This document shows positions 19,232 to 29,108 of a DNA stretch of 64,000 nt, one piece after another. Position 1 is the first letter of the stretch, and each line of letters begins with the position of its first letter. The position numbers and the translations under genes are program-made. Below the pieces are notes generated by a model. The model was not told the DNA's origin. It saw only the letters and a program-made list of their open reading frames with translations, and made no database searches. This DNA comes from an uncultured virus (IMG/VR IMGVR_UViG_3300031787_000018) (Duplodnaviria > Heunggongvirae > Uroviricota > Caudoviricetes): IMG/VR virus record IMGVR_UViG_3300031787_000018, positions 1 to 64,000 of that record; one strand, written 5' to 3'.

Positions 19232-20842
19232 ATGACAAAGTTCAAATCAAAAGCAGTGGAAAATTTTGACGGTGGTATTTCTTATACCTTAAACCCATTG
19301 GATACATTACGTATCGTGGCAGCATCATCTATCTTTGGTGAACCATCTTATTACAGAGGTTCTCACGACAAACCATCTAACTTATCTACGTTAAAGACGT
19401 ATGACGTGTTAGGTTTGTACAAAGACCCAAGTGATACAACTACTGATGTTTTCACTAAGGCTATCGACGAGGCTTTAGACTATGACTTCAAGGCAACCCT
19501 TGAGTTAGCTAAGACTCTTCGTCACGAACACTTCATGAGGTTAAACCCAGCGGTTATCTTCATTAGAGCGTCTCAACACCCAAAGAGGGTTGAATTTAAC
19601 GAAGCAAACCCAGGTTTGATGAAACAATACGGTTTGGACATTGTTGGTCGTCCTGATGACATCACCAACCAATTTGATTACTACATGTTCTTAAACGGTT
19701 CTAAGAATGGTTTACCATCTATCGTTAAGAGGACATGGGCTGAGAAGTTGGCGTCTTTCACCAAGTACCAAATCAAGAAATATAAGTCAAAGTCATTAAT
19801 TGACTTGGTTCGTATTTCTCACGCACACTCTGAAGTTATCGATGAGTTAATGAAGACTGGTGACGTGGCTGTTTCTGAAACTGAAACAACTTGGGAATCA
19901 CTTAGGTCTCAAGGTAAGACTTGGAAGGAAATTCTTAACACAATTAAGGTTTCACACATGGCTTTACTTAGGAACTTAAGGGGTATTTTCACTGAGGTGA
20001 ATGATACTGAAGTGGCTAAGAAGGTTTTAACTGACCTTAAGGCAGGTGTTAAGTTTGGTAAGCAATTCCCATTCCGTTACTACACAGCTTACAAGGAAAT
20101 CGATAAGGTTTCTATAAACCACAAGGGTATGATACTTGACGCTTTACAAGAGTGTCTTGACATCTCTATCGAAAACTTCCCTAAGTTAAAGGGTAAGGTG
20201 GCTTGTTTATCAGATAACTCTGGTTCAGCTTGGGGTACAATGACCTCTGAGTATGGTACAACCCATATTGCTGAAATTGCTAACTTATCATCTATCATCA
20301 CAGCTTTATGTTCTGATGAAGGATATGTCGGTGTCTTTGGTGAAAGATTGAGTTTAAAACCTGTTTCTAAAAGAGACGGTATTATTACTCAGTTGGAAGA
20401 AACTTGTAAGAGAGGTAAGTCTCAAGGACAATCTTGTGAACACGGTATTTGGTTATTCTTACGTGAAGCAATCGACACTAAAACTCACTATGATACTATC
20501 TTTATTTATAGTGACATGCAGGCAGGACACGGTGGTCTTTACGGTACAAGTGTAAGCCGTGGTGACGTTCACTCTAGAGGTGGAAGTTATGTAGACGTAC
20601 TTAAAATGGTACAAGAATACCGTAAGAAGGTTAACCCAAAGGTTAACGTATTCACAGTCCAAGTGGCTGGATACAACAACTCTGTTGTACCTGAAAACCT
20701 TTACAGGGGTTCAGTACTTGGGGGTTGGACTGGTAAGGAAGCCTTATACGCTAGTGAGGTAATCAAGACTTGGGATGAAATTGAGTCTAACGACAAGGTT
20801 ACATCTGAGGTTGAAGTTACTGAACAAGTAGTACAATCTTAA
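19232..20842 (+). CDS. rsr: Ro60/Rsr TROVE-domain RNA-binding protein with vWA domain
   Basis: FGEPSYY, MALLRNLRGI, QFPFRYYTAY, MIDAS DNSGSA, IYSDMQ. Confidence 0.92.
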   Translation: MTKFKSKAVENFDGGISYTLNPLDTLRIVAASSIFGEPSYYRGSHDKPSNLSTLKTYDVLGLYKDPSDTTTDVFTKAIDEALDYDFKATLELAKTLRHEHFMRLNPAVIFIRASQHPKRVEFNEANPGLMKQYGLDIVGRPDDITNQFDYYMFLNGSKNGLPSIVKRTWAEKLASFTKYQIKKYKSKSLIDLVRISHAHSEVIDELMKTGDVAVSETETTWESLRSQGKTWKEILNTIKVSHMALLRNLRGIFTEVNDTEVAKKVLTDLKAGVKFGKQFPFRYYTAYKEIDKVSINHKGMILDALQECLDISIENFPKLKGKVACLSDNSGSAWGTMTSEYGTTHIAEIANLSSIITALCSDEGYVGVFGERLSLKPVSKRDGIITQLEETCKRGKSQGQSCEHGIWLFLREAIDTKTHYDTIFIYSDMQAGHGGLYGTSVSRGDVHSRGGSYVDVLKMVQEYRKKVNPKVNVFTVQVAGYNNSVVPENLYRGSVLGGWTGKEALYASEVIKTWDEIESNDKVTSEVEVTEQVVQS

Positions 20843-20847
20843 AAAAT

Positions 20848-21318
20848 ATGGGGGACTTAATGTCCCCCTATTTATTTTATAGTGATATTATATTATTATT
20901 ATATTCCGTGGTAAAGACGGAATATTTTTCATTTCTCAAGTACAACCGATTCAAATTTGGTAAACAGGAGGTTTCACAATTTGTAATTTTTGAGTTTAAG
21001 TGGTTGTTTTCAATAATAATTTTTTATTTTCATAAGTGTGATGATTCACAAGATAGGTTTCATACTCACGCTTTTAATGCCCTATCATTTAAACTATTTG
21101 GTCAATATGATGAACATATATTAGATGATGAATCTAATGGTTCCTATCATACAGAACGTAGAACACAAGTGGTAAAATATTTCCCTAGGGATTCTTATCA
21201 TCGTATAGCAAACAGTAATGGTTGTTGTACTTTGTTGTTATCAGGCCCATGGAAAAAACATTGGAAGGAGTATGTTGACGGTAATGTAATACATTATACT
21301 TGGGGTAGAAAGAAATAG
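20848..21318 (+). CDS. hypothetical cupin-like protein; start may be GTG 20908
   Basis: FHTHAF...YDEH...SYHRI...TLLLSGP. Confidence 0.55.
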   Translation: MGDLMSPYLFYSDIILLLYSVVKTEYFSFLKYNRFKFGKQEVSQFVIFEFKWLFSIIIFYFHKCDDSQDRFHTHAFNALSFKLFGQYDEHILDDESNGSYHTERRTQVVKYFPRDSYHRIANSNGCCTLLLSGPWKKHWKEYVDGNVIHYTWGRKK

Positions 21319-21371
21319 TTTGATTTTAATTTTTTATACACTATATTTGTGGTTAATAAAAACAAACAGTC

Positions 21372-22055
21372 ATGGAAAAAGTAACATTAGAAATTCGAGC
21401 CGCTGAGGGTGGTGAAGATTCGAAACTCCTTGTGGAGGACATGGCTGCAGTCTATCTGAAAGCAGCCAAGAATAAAGGTTTTACCGTAGAGTCCGAACAT
21501 TGAAGAGACGGACTTGTTAGTATTTAGCTGACAGGTAAAGGGGTTAAGAAATACTTCCAAAACGAAGTTGGTTGTCATAGATGGCAAAGAATTCCACCCA
21601 CTGAAAAACGTGGTAGAGTACATACAAGTACAATTACAGTAGCTTTATTAGATTCCCAAAATTATCAGGAGATAGACATCAATATGGATGAATTACGTAT
21701 TGAAACAACTCGTGGTACAGGTAATGGTGGTCAACATAAGAACACAACAGATTCTTGTGTGGTTATAACCCATATACCAACAGGGATAAAAGTGGTTAGA
21801 GATGGTAGAAGTCAACATAAGAATAAGGACGAGGCTTTAAACGAAATAAAACAACGTCTAAATGATTTATACCAACAAAACCATATGGATAAAGTTTCTA
21901 AAGAAAGAAAGGGTCAAATCGGTAGTGGTAATAGGGGTTCTGAAAAGAAACGTACCTACAACCAAAAAATGGATTTGGTTATCGATCATGAAAGTGATAA
22001 GTCTACAAGTCTTAAACAATTCATGAAAGGTAAATTAGAACTATTAATGTGTTAA
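21372..22055 (+). CDS. class I peptide-chain release factor, minimal (PrfH-sized, no domain 1), RF1-type PxT motif, with in-frame TGA (21501) and TAG (21525)
   Basis: one frame from ATG 21372: LEIRAAEGGEDSKLLVEDM...H*RDGLVSI*L...EVGCHRWQRIPPTEKRGRVHTSTITVA...GTGNGGQHKN. Confidence 0.9.
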
Positions 22056-22130
22056 TATTAAAGGTGGGAATTACCCACCTTTTTTGTTTTAAAGAATATT
22101 TATAAGTGTGAGACATTTAGTAGGTGAAAT

Positions 22131-22322
22131 ATGGAAACTTATGAAAGAGAAAAAATAGATAAAATATTAGAACTAATTAAGGAGTTAAACATTAAACACA
22201 ATGATAAGGATTTTGTTATTAGAGAGGTTTTAAATAACGAATTAAGGGCTAACTTAACAATTAATGGACTATTTGTTTCAGACGAATTCATATCAAATTA
22301 TATAAAATATGTTATCGATTGA
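22131..22322 (+). CDS. hypothetical protein
   Basis: 63-aa ORF after ATATTTAT. Confidence 0.55.
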   Translation: METYEREKIDKILELIKELNIKHNDKDFVIREVLNNELRANLTINGLFVSDEFISNYIKYVID

Positions 22323-22325
22323 AAT

Positions 22326-24125
22326 ATGAGACATTTAATCAAGAAAATATTAAAAGAAGACATCTTTCAAATGGATAGATTAAGGCAATTGGAAGAAGGT
22401 GACTTGTTCATCATCACAAAAGTTAATCAAAATCTAGAAGATTGTGATCCAGATGCTCTTAGTGTTCTAAACCCACTTATCGGTAAAGTTTGTAAAGTTA
22501 TAACCACAGATTGGGATGTTAATTTATATGACGGTATGTGTGAAGAACATTATGGTTGGGGTGCTTATATAATGTCAGAAGATATGGTTGGTGGCCACGA
22601 TTTATACGAAAAGAATGGTGAATGTAAAAAGGATAAATGTTATTGGGTTAATGACTACTATATAGATTATGATATAATAGATGATGTAAATACTGATGAA
22701 TTTTTTACACAACTAGACGAACAAGAAGAAGATTTTGGATGGATGGATGATATTATAGATATATCTATAAAAATAGGTGATGTTTTTTATATAGTAGATT
22801 ATAATTACGGTTATGACATGCAACCTATAAATTATAGACCAAATGTAGTAAGATATATTTTTTATGTTACAGATATTTTTGAAGAAGGCGGTAAACTTCA
22901 TTTAAATTACAAATATTGTGAACCTGTAAATGTCACATATAACCCAAAAGACTATATTAAATCCAAATGTCGTTCCACGCAAGATGAGGTTATTGAATAT
23001 GAAAGAGCTTTAGAGTTGGTAGATAAACAATATTGGCGATTTATGGGTAATAACAATATGAGTAATAATATAAACGAACAAGAAGAAGATTTTGGTTGGG
23101 CTGAAGAATCCATCTCAGGTGATTTAAATTTGGGTAAATATTTTGAAAATTCTGATATTTGTTTTGATGATGAAGTTAATGTTGATAACAACTGTAAAAT
23201 TACCGTAACAAAAGATAGTTTTGTTTTTAAACTAAATTATAGTTGGTGGTTGAATAAATTTGGTGAAGACAATTGGATGTTGGATAGACTTATCAGATAT
23301 GGAAGTATGGGATATGACAGTTATTATGTTGATTATGAGTTGGATGATGAGGAGTTTAATTATATTTATTATATGATTAATGAAGAAAATAGATATAAAC
23401 TAGCTGATTGTTTAAGTGTATTAAATGAAGATGTAAGTGAAAATGATTTAAAAAATAATCTATATGATGTTTTTGAAAATTTTAATGGTATCTTACCGGT
23501 AGAAGGAATGGCCTCAGATGTTGTTTATGAACTATCAAGAGCTTTAGAAAAAAATCGAAATCAACAAATAAATTTGGAGTTTGAAGATTTAATGTCAAAG
23601 ACTGTCGCTAAATTTGAACATGTTGGAGGTTGGAAAGAAGACTACATTTTAATAAAAATACCAAAAGAATTGGTTTTAGAAGCTTTAGAGCAAAATAAGG
23701 ATGAAAATTTAACTGATATTGTGAAAAAATACAGTTACGTTTTTGATATAAATTGGGATGATTTTTATTATGGTACTTTTGATTTAAGTGGTTCTGAGGA
23801 TCAAATTAACGATATTATGGCCGATTATTTGGATAAATTAATTGATATATTAAATAATGATGATACGATACAGACATTAAATAATTTTACATCTTCATTA
23901 AAAAAATTAGGTTTTAAAAAAGAAAATAATAAATGGTATAAAACAATTAAAAAAGATAATTTAGATTATGTTTTTATTGTTAGTGATATAAATGGTGAAG
24001 ACATGAATTTAATTCTAACTATAACCGTTTTTTATGATACACAAACCAAATATAAAAATTATAAATATAAAATAAGTTTTGACGAGTTGGGTTATTACAT
24101 TAATAATTATATTTTAGACATATAA
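22326..24125 (+). CDS. acidic modular hypothetical protein with IKKILKE and EEDFGW motifs
   Basis: 599 aa; two EQEEDFGW repeats. Confidence 0.75.
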   Translation: MRHLIKKILKEDIFQMDRLRQLEEGDLFIITKVNQNLEDCDPDALSVLNPLIGKVCKVITTDWDVNLYDGMCEEHYGWGAYIMSEDMVGGHDLYEKNGECKKDKCYWVNDYYIDYDIIDDVNTDEFFTQLDEQEEDFGWMDDIIDISIKIGDVFYIVDYNYGYDMQPINYRPNVVRYIFYVTDIFEEGGKLHLNYKYCEPVNVTYNPKDYIKSKCRSTQDEVIEYERALELVDKQYWRFMGNNNMSNNINEQEEDFGWAEESISGDLNLGKYFENSDICFDDEVNVDNNCKITVTKDSFVFKLNYSWWLNKFGEDNWMLDRLIRYGSMGYDSYYVDYELDDEEFNYIYYMINEENRYKLADCLSVLNEDVSENDLKNNLYDVFENFNGILPVEGMASDVVYELSRALEKNRNQQINLEFEDLMSKTVAKFEHVGGWKEDYILIKIPKELVLEALEQNKDENLTDIVKKYSYVFDINWDDFYYGTFDLSGSEDQINDIMADYLDKLIDILNNDDTIQTLNNFTSSLKKLGFKKENNKWYKTIKKDNLDYVFIVSDINGEDMNLILTITVFYDTQTKYKNYKYKISFDELGYYINNYILDI

Positions 24126-24550
24126 TGAAAAATTTAATTAAAAAGATATTAAAAGAAAACGAAGAAGATTTTGGTTGGGCCGAAAATATTATAAGTTCTG
24201 ATGATTTATTTATAAAAAGAGGGGATAATTATATTATAGATATGTGTAAAGATATGGTTGATCCCAATTTGTTTAAAAAAAAATTTTACGAATTTTATGG
24301 TGAAAAAATAGTTGATGATTTAACTTCAAGAATGGATATTAACATCTTTAACAACCCCAACATTGATGGTTATCTCAGAGAAAAAAAACCATTTCAAATA
24401 TTAGTCGAATATGATGGAATAAAAATAAGTAGGACAGGATGGAATCCTTGTTATAGTGACTATCAAGGTGAAAAATCCAAATTTACCAAAAAATTTCCTA
24501 AATTAAAATCTTTTACACCTTCAGACTTTCTATCGCTTATAATGGTTTAA
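24125..24550 (+). CDS. hypothetical protein with IKKILKE/EEDFGW motif
   Basis: MKNLIKKILKENEEDFGWAENII. Confidence 0.7.
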   Translation: MKNLIKKILKENEEDFGWAENIISSDDLFIKRGDNYIIDMCKDMVDPNLFKKKFYEFYGEKIVDDLTSRMDINIFNNPNIDGYLREKKPFQILVEYDGIKISRTGWNPCYSDYQGEKSKFTKKFPKLKSFTPSDFLSLIMV

Positions 24551-24676
24551 ATTTTTTAACAAACTATTGATACTAATTTACTGTTTGTTTTTTATTGGTT
24601 ATATTTTAATTGTAGGTAACAAAAAATAATACATTACGTATTAAAATGTAGATATTTATTATGAAAGGGTGTATCA

Positions 24677-26311
24677 GTGAAAATAAAATTATCCATATTA
24701 TTTTTTTTATTCAGTTTAATCAATTCGGTTAAGTCACAAGTATCTACATGGTATACATTTTCTGAAACGGTTGGTACTTATACGGCCATAACAGGTGGTA
24801 CTCAATTAGTTACCACAACTGCCGGTGCTATAACATATGATACTGACGGTAATAATATCGTTCTTCCTACCACATCAAGATTTGTCGTAAATGGTATTAT
24901 CATTACAAATGTAAATATGACTGCGGATGGTTCACTATGGTGTAATCCAGTTACACCGACATCTGGTTTTGGTACTACGGGTCCATTACAATCAGGTCAA
25001 GATGCGGCTGGTATAATATCAGTTATGGGAATGGATTTACGTAGTACTGCATTAGCTACACAAGTTTATGAAAGAAGATGGCAAGATGTGGGGACTGAAG
25101 TTGTATTTCAATGGCAGAATTGTGCGAGATATCTACAAAGTGGTACGGAAAGATTTTCATTTCAAATTAGAATAAACAAAACAAATAATCAGATTAGAAT
25201 GGTATATGGTAATATGACAACCATAGCCAACAGTACCACTTATCAACCACAAGTTGGAATACGAGGTCTTACCAATGCTGATTACATAGCCAGACGATTA
25301 ACTAATTCAGTACCCGATGCATCTCCTAATTGGGGCGCACCTAATGGGACGACTAACGCCACTACAAACGCACATACAGTTAGGTTTACATCTAATGGTT
25401 CTTGTTTTCCTGTTTCAGGATTAACATTTATATGGTCATATAGCGGTCCTTTATTCAATAACGATTTGTGTGAGAATGCAACTCTTGTTACATTACCATA
25501 TAATAGTGGAGTTGTAACAACGATAGGTTCAAGTACAGATGTTCCGAATGTCGCATCACCCTGTGACGATTATATTACTCAATCAAATAACTTATGGTAT
25601 AGAGTAGTTGGTACGGGTAATGATATGACTTTTAATACATGTAACGCCTCTACTAATTTTGATTCTGAAATAAGAGTTTATACAGGTGATTGTTCTTCAT
25701 TAAATAGTATGGTTGAAGTTGTATGTAGTGATGATGATCCAAATTGTACTTCAGGTGGTGTGTTAGATCCTTCCGTTACGTGGTGTTCATCATTAGGTGT
25801 TAATTATTTTATATCTGTCGGATATTACACAGTTACAAGTACATTAAGTACTGGTAATTACGTATTAAGTGGTGTAGAAGGAGGTTCTTGTTCATCACTA
25901 CCAGTAGAACTAATTCATTTTTCCGGTAAAGGATTTGAACATTATAATTTATTAAGGTGGAAAACCGCCACAGAAATAAATAATGACCATTTCACACTTG
26001 AAAGAAGTTTAGATGGAATTAGATTTCAAGAAATACAACAAATTGATGGTATGGGTAATTCTAATGTAATTCAAGAATACTCGACACGTGATTTTGAACT
26101 AAATACAGGGTTAATATATTACAGACTTATACAAACAGATTATGATGGTACACGTACCTATTCAGATATAATTGTAATTAATAGAGACCCTTACAAATCA
26201 CTTAAGGTTGTTAGAATTACAAATGTATTAGGTCAAGACATAAATGAATGGAGTCCAGGTATTAAACTCTATCATTATAGTGATGGTAGTATTGAAAAGA
26301 GAATAGAATAA
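24677..26311 (+). CDS. secreted beta-rich protein with a Bacteroidota T9SS-substrate-like C-terminus
   Basis: signal peptide; LPVELIHFSG...WKTATEINNDHFTLERSLDG...YYRLIQTDYDG; ITNVLGQ tail. Confidence 0.75.
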   Translation: MKIKLSILFFLFSLINSVKSQVSTWYTFSETVGTYTAITGGTQLVTTTAGAITYDTDGNNIVLPTTSRFVVNGIIITNVNMTADGSLWCNPVTPTSGFGTTGPLQSGQDAAGIISVMGMDLRSTALATQVYERRWQDVGTEVVFQWQNCARYLQSGTERFSFQIRINKTNNQIRMVYGNMTTIANSTTYQPQVGIRGLTNADYIARRLTNSVPDASPNWGAPNGTTNATTNAHTVRFTSNGSCFPVSGLTFIWSYSGPLFNNDLCENATLVTLPYNSGVVTTIGSSTDVPNVASPCDDYITQSNNLWYRVVGTGNDMTFNTCNASTNFDSEIRVYTGDCSSLNSMVEVVCSDDDPNCTSGGVLDPSVTWCSSLGVNYFISVGYYTVTSTLSTGNYVLSGVEGGSCSSLPVELIHFSGKGFEHYNLLRWKTATEINNDHFTLERSLDGIRFQEIQQIDGMGNSNVIQEYSTRDFELNTGLIYYRLIQTDYDGTRTYSDIIVINRDPYKSLKVVRITNVLGQDINEWSPGIKLYHYSDGSIEKRIE

Positions 26312-26351
26312 TTATGTTTACGTTGTTGTTTTTATTCTTTATATTTTAACT

Positions 26352-27095
26352 ATGGAAAATAGTGAGGATATACGTAAGTTTATAAACAGAGAAATTAAGG
26401 CAAATTCAATTTTTATCATCAAACAAATAGATAAAAAAGTTGCTTATGAATTTGTTAGGGTTTACCATTATTTGGGTGATGCTAAGTTCTTTGCTAAGTT
26501 TTCCTTTGGTTTATACCATAAAGAAACCGATGAATTATTAGGGATTACCGCCTTCTCAAACCCACAAGGTAATGTGGCTTTAAAAGGTTGGTTCGGATTA
26601 CCTAATACAGACCAAACAGTATTAGAACTTAGTAGACTATGTGTTAAACCATACTTAAACGGAACCAACGCAACATCTTATTTATTGGGTAACAGTATAA
26701 AACTTCTTAAGAAAGAAGGGGTTAGAGCTGTTATAACATTAGCAGATGACAGTAGACACAATGGTAGTATATACCAAGTATGTAATTTCAAATACTACGG
26801 TCTAACAGATAAAAAATCAGACTTCTTTCATTTGAACGATAAAGGCGAATGGAAAGTCAATCCAAGAGGACCCACAAAAGATAAAAACGGTGTATGGATT
26901 AATAGAACACAAAAACACAGATATGCCTACATCATAGACGAAAACCTAAAATGTCTATACGAACAACTTTCATATCCTAAAAAAGACGATACAAAACAAT
27001 ATGATTGTTGTGCTGGTACTAAAATTGTAAAAGATAAACGCTTCAATATTGACTATCCGTGCCCCAAATGTACACTTTCTGTATTGGTCGAGTGA
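26352..27095 (+). CDS. Mom-like (GNAT-fold) DNA base-modification protein
   Basis: YHYLG, LELSRLC, SYLLGNSIK, ITLADDSRHNGSIYQVCNFKYYG. Confidence 0.7.
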   Translation: MENSEDIRKFINREIKANSIFIIKQIDKKVAYEFVRVYHYLGDAKFFAKFSFGLYHKETDELLGITAFSNPQGNVALKGWFGLPNTDQTVLELSRLCVKPYLNGTNATSYLLGNSIKLLKKEGVRAVITLADDSRHNGSIYQVCNFKYYGLTDKKSDFFHLNDKGEWKVNPRGPTKDKNGVWINRTQKHRYAYIIDENLKCLYEQLSYPKKDDTKQYDCCAGTKIVKDKRFNIDYPCPKCTLSVLVE

Positions 27096-27108
27096 TATTT
27101 ATTAATAT

Positions 27109-27324
27109 ATGAATATCCATAAATTTATAAGAAGACATGATTTCATAAGTGGTAAACCATTTTATTCATTGTCAATGATTGAGGTTGTACCGAGAATTAT
27201 ATTTGATTTTGTACCAAACCGAATACCAACAAGATATTCAACAACAATGATTGATAGTAGGTATTATTCTACGATAACATATAATAACCCAATGCCAATG
27301 GTCAACGGTACGGTACTATTTTAA
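27109..27324 (+). CDS. small protein resembling the C-terminal segment of T4-like major capsid protein
   Basis: TRYSTTMIDSRYYSTI resembles gp23 TRYAKKMVNxRFYG. Confidence 0.45.
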   Translation: MNIHKFIRRHDFISGKPFYSLSMIEVVPRIIFDFVPNRIPTRYSTTMIDSRYYSTITYNNPMPMVNGTVLF

Positions 27325-27878
27325 TGATAACCAAATCTTTACCAATATTTTCTTTTATCAATCCATCATTTAAATGGAGTTGTGTTCAATCTCGTATTGT
27401 AGTTGGTGAAACTAGGGCTATAAGAGCTATATGGACACCAGAACTCGCTCAAGATTTACAGGCTTTCCACAATATAGATGCTGAAGCTGAATTAACAGCT
27501 TTATTGACGGAAAATCTTAGACAAGAAATTGATACACAAATATTAAACGATTTACGTGTACGTGGTTGGGATAATTTATTTGATGTTAACAGAGGTTTAA
27601 TTAATAACAGACCTGTAAATGATTTTGATAATATACAGTTACCTTTAATTAGACAAGTATCTGCAAGAACATTAGGTATGGATTTAGTAGGGGTACAATC
27701 ATTGGAACTACCTGATGGGTTAATGAATTACCTAGATTATAATTATAGAACTTTACCTAATGAGGAAGGTTGGTACACAAACGATACTTGGGAATCTATA
27801 TTCATTAATATGTATTTAAAACCACATAAATTTTTACCACCGAAACGTAGAAGTAGAAGGGATATAAGAAATTTTTAA
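27324..27878 (+). CDS. major capsid protein (gp23) fragment paralog with rearranged segment order
   Basis: RAIWTPELAQDLQAFHNIDAEAELTALLTENLRQEID, then LPLIRQVSARTLGMDLVGVQSLELPDG. Confidence 0.75.
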   Translation: MITKSLPIFSFINPSFKWSCVQSRIVVGETRAIRAIWTPELAQDLQAFHNIDAEAELTALLTENLRQEIDTQILNDLRVRGWDNLFDVNRGLINNRPVNDFDNIQLPLIRQVSARTLGMDLVGVQSLELPDGLMNYLDYNYRTLPNEEGWYTNDTWESIFINMYLKPHKFLPPKRRSRRDIRNF

Positions 27879-27914
27879 AATTTCATGGATAAATATTTAT
27901 ATGAAACATAGATT

Positions 27915-28586
27915 ATGAGAAACTTAATTAAAAAAATCATAAAAGAAGAAATAATTAATGAATTTAATTTAAAAGAAACATTTACAAGACCATTGAAAAA
28001 TATTTCTAAATTAGATGATTTCACCTACATTGGTTATGAAGACAATGTTAAGGCCATATATAATTTCAGATTAGAAACTGTGGATGATAATATACCGAAA
28101 AGGTATTTTGGGGATTTGATTGATTATTTTTATGAATTTTCATGGAAATTCGACATGGAAATGGATGTAGAATTAAAAAACGATTGGTCTTGGGTTAAAG
28201 CCACAACAACATCTATAAAAATAATAGATGATTTTATTAGAACAATAAACCCAAAACTTATAAAATTTAGTGGTAGAAGTGAAGGTACCAAATCTATGTA
28301 TAATAACGACATTTTTGTTGATAAATTAAGATCAATATTTGGTCAAACACATAATATTATATTAGATGATGACGATCCTGAAAATAGAAAAATCTACATA
28401 TCAAAAAGAGAATACAATATTTTAAGTGAAGATACCATCCGTAAAAACATGGATTGTATGACTTATGAAGAGGCTTATAGAATTGTGAAATTCCCTAAAA
28501 AAAACCAATTTAAAGGTATAGTAAGGAATAAATTTAAAAAAGAACAAATACAAAGAATATTAAACAAAGAAAAATATTTATTTTAA
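27915..28586 (+). CDS. hypothetical protein with IKKIIKE motif
   Basis: 223-aa ORF after ATATTTAT (27893). Confidence 0.7.
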   Translation: MRNLIKKIIKEEIINEFNLKETFTRPLKNISKLDDFTYIGYEDNVKAIYNFRLETVDDNIPKRYFGDLIDYFYEFSWKFDMEMDVELKNDWSWVKATTTSIKIIDDFIRTINPKLIKFSGRSEGTKSMYNNDIFVDKLRSIFGQTHNIILDDDDPENRKIYISKREYNILSEDTIRKNMDCMTYEEAYRIVKFPKKNQFKGIVRNKFKKEQIQRILNKEKYLF

Positions 28587-28593
28587 AAAAAAC

Positions 28594-28640
28594 TTGACAA
28601 GTAATAAACTTTTACTATCTTTGTATCATATTTATTAACA
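28594..28640 (+). promoter_or_regulatory. promoter of tRNA cluster 2 (47-nt block identical to 33336-33382)
   Basis: TTGACAAGTAATAAACTTTTACTATCTTTGTATCATATTTATTAACA. Confidence 0.8.
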
Positions 28641-28657
28641 GTAACAGAATTAAACAA

Positions 28658-28750
28658 ATGAAGACTTTAACAAACATATTATTCGTGATGACACTAACGG
28701 TGTTATTTCAGTTTACACAAACTGAACTCGGGTTCTTATGTCTAAGTTAA
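28658..28750 (+). CDS. attenuator leader peptide 2 (Gln/Phe/Met/Thr/Val/Leu sensor), MKTLTNILFVMTLTVLFQFTQTELGFLCLS
   Basis: 15 consecutive codons from the downstream tRNA set; antiterminator CTCGGGTTCTT 28727-28737. Confidence 0.85.
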   Translation: MKTLTNILFVMTLTVLFQFTQTELGFLCLS

Positions 28751-28778
28751 TCATTTAATATATTAACAAATTTAGAAG

Positions 28779-28806
28779 AACCCGAGAAAAACTCTCGGGT
28801 TTTTTT
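28779..28806 (+). terminator. attenuator terminator 2
   Basis: AACCCGAGA-AAAAC-TCTCGGGTT followed by T-run. Confidence 0.88.
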
Positions 28807-28815
28807 ATTTTATAT

Positions 28816-28889
28816 TATCCCGTCGCCTAATTGGCATGGCACTAGATTTTGACTCTAGCATAGTACAGGTTCGAACCCTGTCGGGATAA
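28816..28889 (+). tRNA. tRNA-Gln(TTG)
   Basis: TATCCCG/CGGGATA; CTAGA-TTTTGAC-TCTAG. Confidence 0.9.
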
Positions 28890-28919
28890 CCGAAGAAGTT
28901 ATTTGACATATTATATTTT

Positions 28920-28992
28920 GTGGAAGTTACCAAGTTGGTCAAGGTGTTGGTCTGAAAAACCAATTATATGAGTTCGATTCTCATCTTCCACA
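28920..28992 (+). tRNA. tRNA-Phe(GAA)
   Basis: GTGGAAG/CTTCCAC; TTGGT-CTGAAAA-ACCAA. Confidence 0.9.
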
Positions 28993-29108
28993 CAACAAGC
29001 CGTAGGTATGAATAAGTATATATATATATATATAATATTATTTTAATAACTTATTTAATCATTAATTAAAATAATCATCTAAAGTTCGATAATTTTTATC
29101 GATATATA

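Noticed and set aside
21372..21683. prfB-type +1 frameshift in the release factor
   Set aside because: Both halves are in the same frame and there is no CTT-TGA slippery site; read-through, not frameshifting, is required.
27324..27878. Calling this the major capsid gene
   Set aside because: At 184 aa it is far too short, its segments are out of order, and no head-assembly genes are nearby.
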